From a virus, in the IMG/VR virus record IMGVR_UViG_3300050343_000135, positions 1 through 64,000 of that record: DNA of 64,000 nt; one strand, given 5' to 3'. The notes below the pieces were generated by a model that was not told the DNA's origin, made no database searches, and was given only the letters and a program-made list of their open reading frames with translations. Position 1 is the stretch's first letter; each line of letters opens with the position of its first letter. Shown here piece by piece: positions 57,960-64,000 of the stretch. A program made the translations under genes and the position numbers.

Positions 57960-58258
57960 ACTACAGTAAGGAAATAACAGCGGATATAGTAAAAAGATAT
58001 AGGGACGCTCCAAACCGCCAAACAGTTGCGATTCTCGCAAAAGAACTTGGCAAGAGTGAGAAGTCCGTTATAGGAAAACTAAGCAAGGAAGGAGTATATA
58101 AACGAAGTGTTTATGTAACGAAAGCTGGAGAAAAGCCAGTAACAAAAGCACAACTAGTGCAAGAATTAGAGGAGAAGTTAGATGCGAACTTGGAAGGGCT
58201 AGAGAAAGCTCCGAAAGAGACTCTACGCTCCTTAGTGGAGGCAATATGCGAAGAATAG
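57956..58258 (+). CDS. Second A2-like paralogue
   Basis: NYSKE..LAKELGKSEKSVIGKLSKEGVY..GLEKAPK aligns by eye to 53651-53977. Confidence 0.7.
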   Translation: MNYSKEITADIVKRYRDAPNRQTVAILAKELGKSEKSVIGKLSKEGVYKRSVYVTKAGEKPVTKAQLVQELEEKLDANLEGLEKAPKETLRSLVEAICEE

Positions 58259-58514
58259 TAATGACACCAAAAGGTCTAGGAATGTGTGATAGACAGGAGT
58301 TTCGAATGCATGGGGATTTAATGTACCTAAAGGTTACGCTAAAGACTGGGAAAGTGTAGAATATTTGAACACTGAAGTAAGATTTCTAGATATGGAAGTA
58401 GAAGTTGAGGAAATAAAAAGACGTAAAAGATTAGATGCAATTACGGGAAAGATTAATGAAAAATTTTGAATTGGGCGAAGTCTTTAGATAATTAAGACGC
58501 AGTTTTAGACAGAC

Positions 58515-58706
58515 ATCAAAGACCGATTAGCTTTTAGTCGGTCTTTTTCGTTGTTTGAATTAGATTGTATTTTCTCTCTCGACCTTTCACTCAGTTCATC
58601 TCAGGTCTCTTCTTCGCTTACGCTCGAAGAGCCTTGTTTTAAGATAATCGGAGTAGGTCTCGATTAGGAGAGAGAAGAATGAATTGAGTAATTATTCTAA
58701 TTTATA
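58515..58706 (-). ncRNA. Candidate ~190-nt small RNA
   Basis: Promoter TTGCAA-N17-TAAAAT 58741-58713; multibranch helices; ends at the bidirectional terminator AAAGACCGA/TCGGTCTTT (58518-58546). Confidence 0.5.
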
Positions 58707-58786
58707 GTATATATTTTATCACACTTTTATCAAGATTGCAAGTTTTATTTTTGGTAGGGTCATTATAGCTACTTTCTGGGAACGTC

Positions 58787-59014
58787 TTATCTCCGAGAAA
58801 ATTTATTTCTCTTACGATAGTCAGATGAGATTTGATTGAGAGATTTAAGATGTCTCTTCCTCTGCTCGTTTTTCTTACGTTTGCGTTTCACTGTTGGTTT
58901 CTCATAGAATTCGAGTTCGCGACAGCGTTCTTTGATTTGAGCGGCCTCACATTTCTTACGAAAAATACGAATTGCCTTTTCTGTTGGCATGTTTTTACAG
59001 TATATACTAGGCAT
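58787..59014 (-). CDS. rpsU: Ribosomal protein bS21
   Basis: EKAIRIFRKKCEAA..CRELEFYEKPTVKRKRK. Confidence 0.9.
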   Translation of the reverse strand: MPSIYCKNMPTEKAIRIFRKKCEAAQIKERCRELEFYEKPTVKRKRKKNEQRKRHLKSLNQISSDYRKRNKFSRR

Positions 59015-59179
59015 GCGCTCTCCTGTTATTGAAAGTCCAGCCTCTCTTTCGTAAGTAATGTATCTGCGAATAGAGTTGACTCTCAGTAACCTGAAGTTTC
59101 TTGCAAATGTCTGTGCGTCGAATTACCTTGTAGTTTCCTTTAAATACTGCTTATCTTCTTGAGTCCATCTTTTGTTCAT
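59001..59179 (-). CDS. Small HTH/Myb-like protein (frameshifted), predicted leaderless
   Basis: MNKRWTQEDKQY..ICKKLQVTESQLYSQIHYLRKRGW; promoter 59214-59186 ends 7 nt before the ATG. Confidence 0.55.
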
Positions 59180-59297
59180 ATCCATATTATACTAAAAATA
59201 GAACCTGTTGTCAAGTATTATTTTTGACCATGTTAAATATAGTACTTGACCTCGCGTTAGAAAAGTTGTATAATATATACATAAAAAAGGAAACACT

Positions 59298-59444
59298 ATG
59301 AACAATAATGATTTAGCAGTACTGATATGGTTATTACTATCAAATGTGGGAACTTACTTTTTCTGTAAGTACCATTTTATACGACATACCATAGATGTTC
59401 TCGAAGATAAAGGGCTACTAATCCTCGAAGATGATGAAAAATAA
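59298..59444 (+). CDS. Small membrane protein
   Basis: 48 aa with one TM segment; promoter TTGACC-N17-TATAAT 59246-59274. Confidence 0.55.
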   Translation: MNNNDLAVLIWLLLSNVGTYFFCKYHFIRHTIDVLEDKGLLILEDDEK

Positions 59445-59645
59445 TTCTTGACATCAACTTCCAAATTTAGTATAATATATCAGTAGTTAGATTTATTCTA
59501 GCTATGGGATATGGGATGGTATAGTTCAATCAATAAAACAGGTTCTTTCTGCATCTTTGAACATTCAGTTTTAGAACTAGGGAATTAATGCTACCGAAAG
59601 GGGCAAACTTAACCAAGATGCAAGCTTACTGAAAAGGAGACAACA

Positions 59646-60040
59646 ATGACAATAGACAATATCTATTAAAGCACTTTCTCGGCTTTGACGAGAGATTTTT
59701 TAACCCCGTTGACGATACAGCGTATCCTCGACACAATATAGTAACACGCGGTGATGACTACTTTCGTATTGAAATGGCGTTGCCAGGCTGGATTAAGGAG
59801 AACATTGAAGTAACTTTGGAGAACAGGCAACTGACTATCCAAGGAAATACTAAACTAGAGTGTGGAGAAGAGGAATCTTACTTACACAAAGGCATAAGTG
59901 GAAAAGTGTTTAAAAGAACTTTCTCTCTTGGCGAATTTATAAACGTCAATGAGGTAGAGTTTGAAAACGGCTTGCTAAGCATAGAATTAGAGAAGGTCAT
60001 ACCAGATGAGAAGAAACCAAAGGTATTTGACATAAAATGA
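59646..60040 (+). CDS. Small heat-shock protein Hsp20/IbpA (early indel)
   Basis: FLGFD, YPRHNIV, IEMALPG, YLHKGIS..FKRTFSL, FENGLLSIELEK..PDEKKPK; promoter 59448-59476. Confidence 0.9.
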
Positions 60041-60191
60041 GACAATTTAACAAATTAAAACTTTTAATTTGTGAAGATGGCAAGTTCTGTGATGCTACTA
60101 TGAACAGTTTATTAGTGATAACATTCGGTGGAATCATGATAAATAGTATTAGCACACTAACTTAACAACCGAACAAAGGGTAAAGTTATAG

Positions 60192-60213
60192 AGGGAGCTT
60201 CGGCTCCCTTTTT
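60192..60213 (+). terminator. Intrinsic terminator
   Basis: AGGGAGC-TTCG-GCTCCCT plus T-run. Confidence 0.85.
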
Positions 60214-60228
60214 ACACAGAGGAAAAAT

Positions 60229-60672
60229 ATGAATATATCACAGGAGGGCTTAGCCCTTATCAAGAAGTTTGAAGGACTAGAACTGAAAGCATATAATTGT
60301 GCAGCTGGAGTATGGACCATTGGTTATGGACATACAGCAGGCGTGCAAGAAGATGATGTTTGGTCTGAAGAATACGCAAACGAACAACTAGAAAAAGACA
60401 TGGAAGAATACGCTGGGTATATCAATGACCTAGTAACATGTAAATTATCACAGAACCAGTTTGATGCCCTAGTATCATGGGTATACAATCTCGGCCCAGC
60501 CAATCTAAAGGCATCTACACTACTTAAAAAACTTAATGCAGAAGACTATGCAGATATTCCTACTCAAATCAAAAGATGGAATAAAGCAGGTGGCAAGGTA
60601 TTAGAAGGACTTATAAGAAGAAGAGAAGCAGAAGCTCTACTTTTTGAAGCTAAAGACTGGGAACATGTCTAA
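60229..60672 (+). CDS. Endolysin, GH24 lysozyme
   Basis: IKKFEGLELKAY..GVWTIGYGHT, QFDALVSWVYNLG, GLIRRREAE. Confidence 0.95.
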   Translation: MNISQEGLALIKKFEGLELKAYNCAAGVWTIGYGHTAGVQEDDVWSEEYANEQLEKDMEEYAGYINDLVTCKLSQNQFDALVSWVYNLGPANLKASTLLKKLNAEDYADIPTQIKRWNKAGGKVLEGLIRRREAEALLFEAKDWEHV

Positions 60673-60895
60673 GATAACCTTCTCAAAAGGGATAGATTGG
60701 ATAAAGAGTCTTTTTGAAACAAGATATAAACTAATCGTCAGTTACAACTCGACATACGGAGATGGGGATGACCAAGCAGTTTATAGTAACAAAATTCTTT
60801 ATAAAGAGAGATAAATACTTAAAATTCAAAACAATCAGTGGAGAAACAGTAGAAATCAGAGGAGCTGAAGGGCTCAATTATAGGATACAAGAACT

Positions 60896-61306
60896 ATGAA
60901 TCAATTTTTTATAGCAATTATAGTAGTATTATCACTAGGAAGTTGGTATCTTTGGAGTGATAATCAAACACTTCGAGAGAACAATGCCCAGTTAATGGTA
61001 GCTGCAGCGACACAGGAAGAAACAATATCGCAGTTACAAAATGATATGGCACTACAAGGACAGTCTCTTTTAGAGCTACAGTCTAAAGGTCAGGAAATCC
61101 AACAAGAGATGGACAGATACTTAGATATTTTTAAGAGACATAATTTAACAAAGTTAGCGGCAGCAAAGCCAGGTCTGATAGAGACAAGAGCTAACAAAGC
61201 AACAAAGGAGGCGTTTGATGGAATTGAAGAAGACAGTCGTGACATCGATGCTGCTGATGATAGTCTCATCGTGCAGCCTACTACCAACGAAGACATTAGA
61301 GGTTAG
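60896..61306 (+). CDS. Inner-membrane spanin (Rz-like)
   Basis: N-terminal TM plus coiled coil; AAKPGLIE motif. Confidence 0.7.
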   Translation: MNQFFIAIIVVLSLGSWYLWSDNQTLRENNAQLMVAAATQEETISQLQNDMALQGQSLLELQSKGQEIQQEMDRYLDIFKRHNLTKLAAAKPGLIETRANKATKEAFDGIEEDSRDIDAADDSLIVQPTTNEDIRG

Positions 61307-61568
61307 TGCGAAACCAATCGAAAGAAAGATTATTCAACCTATCCTGCCCCGTGAAATAGACTTAAAAGAACCATATTGGTATGTGGTTTCAGATAAGAAC
61401 CTTGACGAATTTCTATCGAGAGTAGAAAAAGACCAAGGTCAAGTAGTATTCTTTGCAATGTCAGTTCCAGATTATGAACTGATGGCATATAATACTCAAG
61501 AGCTCAAACGTTATATAAACGAGCTCAAAGAGGTGGTTATCTACTATAGGAAAGTAACTACCGAATAA
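61218..61568 (+). CDS. Outer-membrane spanin lipoprotein (Rz1-like)
   Basis: Lipobox IVSSC; overlaps the 3' end of Rz in another frame. Confidence 0.7.
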   Translation: MELKKTVVTSMLLMIVSSCSLLPTKTLEVSAKPIERKIIQPILPREIDLKEPYWYVVSDKNLDEFLSRVEKDQGQVVFFAMSVPDYELMAYNTQELKRYINELKEVVIYYRKVTTE

Positions 61569-61578
61569 GGAGACTAGT

Positions 61579-61755
61579 ATGTTAGAATTCTTTCAATGGG
61601 TGCAAGCCCTAATCGCAATTGTGCCAACCATAGTGTTGGTTGCATCTGCAGTAGCGGCATTAACACCTACACCACTCGACGATGGGTGGATGAAAAAAAT
61701 CTATGTTGTATTAGATTGGTGCGCACTTAATGTGGGCAGAGCAAAGGATAAGTAA
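61579..61755 (+). CDS. Holin-like small membrane protein
   Basis: SD AAGGAG; hydrophobic IVPTIVLVASAVAALTPTPLDD; lies in the lysis cassette. Confidence 0.45.
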   Translation: MLEFFQWVQALIAIVPTIVLVASAVAALTPTPLDDGWMKKIYVVLDWCALNVGRAKDK

Positions 61756-62207
61756 TGTCAGAAGCAGTAGACAATAGAAACGAGGTAAACATTGACCTCG
61801 AGAAATATATGTCACTTGTCGAGAAACTCGACGGCGCAGAAGACACTATATCCGCTCTCAAAACAGAAGCTGAAGCAGCAAGAAAGCAACTTGCTCCACC
61901 AAAAAGAAAGCTTATGGACTTGTTCTTAGATGACAATGACATAAACGAAAAGTCTATTATTGGCTTTATGTCTTTCTTTTTAATGTTCGTATTCGGAACC
62001 TGTGATTTAATTACAGCGTTTTGGGGCATGGACTTACAGATTAGTGATACTATCTACACTTCGTTTGTAGTTGTAACACTAGGAGCATTTGGTATCTCGG
62101 AAGCAGGAAAAGCCTTCGGAAATAATTATCTCACCAGTTGGAAGTCGAGCTTACTCTTAGTTCGACTTTCACCTTTTACAATCCCTACTAAATATAAACC
62201 TCACTAA
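61755..62207 (+). CDS. Membrane protein (coiled coil plus 2 TM); C-terminus possibly extended by an indel
   Basis: DDNDINEKSIIGF..LGAFGISEAGKAF. Confidence 0.55.
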   Translation: MSEAVDNRNEVNIDLEKYMSLVEKLDGAEDTISALKTEAEAARKQLAPPKRKLMDLFLDDNDINEKSIIGFMSFFLMFVFGTCDLITAFWGMDLQISDTIYTSFVVVTLGAFGISEAGKAFGNNYLTSWKSSLLLVRLSPFTIPTKYKPH

Positions 62208-62251
62208 AAATAAGTCTTGACAACGGGTCGAAATTTCTGTATAATAGATTT

Positions 62252-62851
62252 ATGAATTTATTTTACTTAGACGAAAATTTAGATATGTGTGCGGAAGCTC
62301 ATGTAGACAAACATATAGTTAAGATGCCACTCGAAGCAGCCCAGCTACTTTGTACGGCAGTATGGATAGATTCAGTTCTAGGTTTCATTCCGCGAGCACT
62401 TAATAAAGAGGAAACTCGAGAACTTAATTCTCGAAAGTCAGAAATTAAACACTTGCCAATGGAAGAGAGACCCTTGACACCTTACCTTCCAATGATGTAC
62501 AATCACCCTTGTACTATTTGGACTCGATCATCGCTTGATAACTTCGAATGGGTTCACTGTTATGCAAATGCCCTCAACGACGAATATTATTATAGATACG
62601 GTAAACAGCACAAATCAGTGGTGGAAGTAATCAACCGATTACCAGAACCCAAAAACATGGAGAGACTAGGAATGACGGAGTTCCTACTAGCCATGCCTGA
62701 CGAGCTCAAAATGGAAGGTAATCCGATTCAGTCTTATAGAGACTACTATCACTTAGACAAAGCAACTTTTGCTAAGTGGTCACACAGAGACAAACCACAT
62801 TGGTGGAATGAAGATTACGCCGACTATGAAAAAAGGATAACAGCAAAATGA
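62252..62851 (+). CDS. Pyrimidine-dimer DNA glycosylase/endonuclease V-like protein
   Basis: MNLFYLD..HVDKHIVKMPLEAAQLLCT, NHPCTIWTR; promoter 62217-62245 ends 7 nt before the ATG. Confidence 0.8.
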   Translation: MNLFYLDENLDMCAEAHVDKHIVKMPLEAAQLLCTAVWIDSVLGFIPRALNKEETRELNSRKSEIKHLPMEERPLTPYLPMMYNHPCTIWTRSSLDNFEWVHCYANALNDEYYYRYGKQHKSVVEVINRLPEPKNMERLGMTEFLLAMPDELKMEGNPIQSYRDYYHLDKATFAKWSHRDKPHWWNEDYADYEKRITAK

Positions 62852-63078
62852 AAGTAACAATCTATGGCAAACCAAACTGCACTTACTGTACTATGGCAAA
62901 GAGCTTAGCAGAGAATAAGAAAGCAGAGGTAAGATATTTAACTATGGGAGAAGACTATACTGCTAAGAATTTTATGGCAGAGTTTCCCACAGCTAGAACC
63001 TTTCCACAGATTATATTTAATGGAGAAAAGATTGGTGGCTATGCAGCATTGCTAACGTTACTAACAAACGAGGAGTAA
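62848..63078 (+). CDS. Glutaredoxin
   Basis: CTYC, TFPQI, IGGY. Confidence 0.92.
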   Translation: MKVTIYGKPNCTYCTMAKSLAENKKAEVRYLTMGEDYTAKNFMAEFPTARTFPQIIFNGEKIGGYAALLTLLTNEE

Positions 63079-63222
63079 TATGAAACCTATAAAAACAAAT
63101 GATGGACAAGCTAGAGTTATAAACGATAGTGAAAATGTCGAAGAAAAAGTAAAAACATCTGTAAGATTGCGAAAGCAAATTAAACTACTAAAAAATAACA
63201 AAATAACCAAGATATTCAGAGC

Positions 63223-63495
63223 ATGGAAATAACAAATAATAAATTTAAAGAACGAGAAGCACTCCTTATACTAAAAAATCACATTTTAGCAACCTATGAC
63301 CAACACTATAGTATGAATAAAATTCAGGCAACTGAGTTTATATTCGACGCTGGCCATGGAGAAAGTTTCTGTTTAGGGAATATTATAAAGTATGCTCAAA
63401 GATATGGAAAAAAAGACGGCAAAAACAAACAAGACATTTTAAAAATATTACATTACGCAATTATGTTGCTAGGAGAAGAGATTGATAAAAAATAA
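63223..63495 (+). CDS. DUF3310-like phage protein
   Basis: HY..FCLGNIIKYAQRYGKKDG..DILKILHY. Confidence 0.7.
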   Translation: MEITNNKFKEREALLILKNHILATYDQHYSMNKIQATEFIFDAGHGESFCLGNIIKYAQRYGKKDGKNKQDILKILHYAIMLLGEEIDKK

Positions 63496-64000
63496 ATCAC
63501 ACGAAAATCTTACTGATGTAAATATTAGAAAAGTTATAGAGCTACTTGAACAACCTAGTCCTATAACTAAAAAAGAGGCATGCGGAATTCTGAATATTAG
63601 GTATAACACGACCAGACTTCAGAAAATTATTGAAGAATGGAAGGACACACAGGAGTTCAAGGCACGAAGAAAAGCCATGAACAAAGGCAAGCCTGCAAGT
63701 AGAGACGAAATTTCTAGCGTCGCAAAAATGTATGTAGAAGGATATAATGTATCTTCTATTGCACAGTCCATTTACCGCTCCCCCGCCTTTATAAAGAATA
63801 TCATTGAGAGAATTGGAATACCAATGAAACTCGCTGATTCAGATTATGAAGCCAGAAAGAGAGCGTTACTACCCGAACAATGTGTAGCTGACACATTCCA
63901 CGAGGGAGAGGTAATATGGGCAATTAAAGTAAACTATCCAGCAAAGGTTATTAAGGAGTTACAACCTGAAGAAGCTGAGGATAGAGGGTATAAATTATAC
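63482..64000 (+). CDS. Conserved T5-like HTH protein (runs off the window)
   Basis: TTG start; ITKKEACGILNIRYNTTRL..IAQSIYRSPAFIK. Confidence 0.55.
   Translation, partial: MIKNKSHENLTDVNIRKVIELLEQPSPITKKEACGILNIRYNTTRLQKIIEEWKDTQEFKARRKAMNKGKPASRDEISSVAKMYVEGYNVSSIAQSIYRSPAFIKNIIERIGIPMKLADSDYEARKRALLPEQCVADTFHEGEVIWAIKVNYPAKVIKELQPEEAEDRGYKLY

Noticed and set aside
58585-58606. Hammerhead ribozyme core (CTGAGATGA...GAAA on the - strand)
   Set aside because: It does not match CUGANGA, and there is no stem II or properly placed cleavage triplet.
1-64000. Widespread frameshifts read as pseudogenes, recoding or phase variation
   Set aside because: They hit essential genes (MCP, portal, terL, TMP), often at homopolymers, and the 63-bp repeat has one 64-bp unit exactly at the J break. 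Sequencing indels explain this best; the breaks are frame changes rather than in-frame stops, so there is no sign of an alternative genetic code.

Overview
A 64 kb slice of an AT-rich, T5-like (Demerecviridae-type) tailed phage genome. It is probably marine, and a Gammaproteobacterial host such as SAR86 is an inference from the IscU/curli/bS21 content. Many essential genes are broken by 1-nt indels, which points to long-read or low-coverage error rather than pseudogenes. Positions ~1.9-49 kb (- strand) are the late region: collagen-repeat tail fibres, a lambda-like M-L-K-I-J tail tip, tape measure, chaperones with a -1 slippery site, T5-type tail tube/neck, protease-capsid fusion, portal, HNH nuclease and terminase. 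A ~9.5 kb island between terS and terL carries iscU, iscA, csgF, csgG, a curlin-like protein, a FecR-domain protein, a CHASE2 adenylate cyclase and very basic small proteins. The strand switches at ~49.1 kb into a pre-early-like block, followed by a repeat/palindrome zone with a Fur-like box and three DnaA boxes. Next comes a cluster of promoter-driven structured non-coding RNAs at 53.4-55.4 kb, including an anticodon-less tRNA mimic and a ~1 kb ornate RNA; this cluster is the best candidate for an undescribed system. The window ends in early genes (A2-like, MazG, bS21, Hsp20, lysis cassette, DenV, glutaredoxin). Product calls rest on motif recognition and gene order only; no searches were run.
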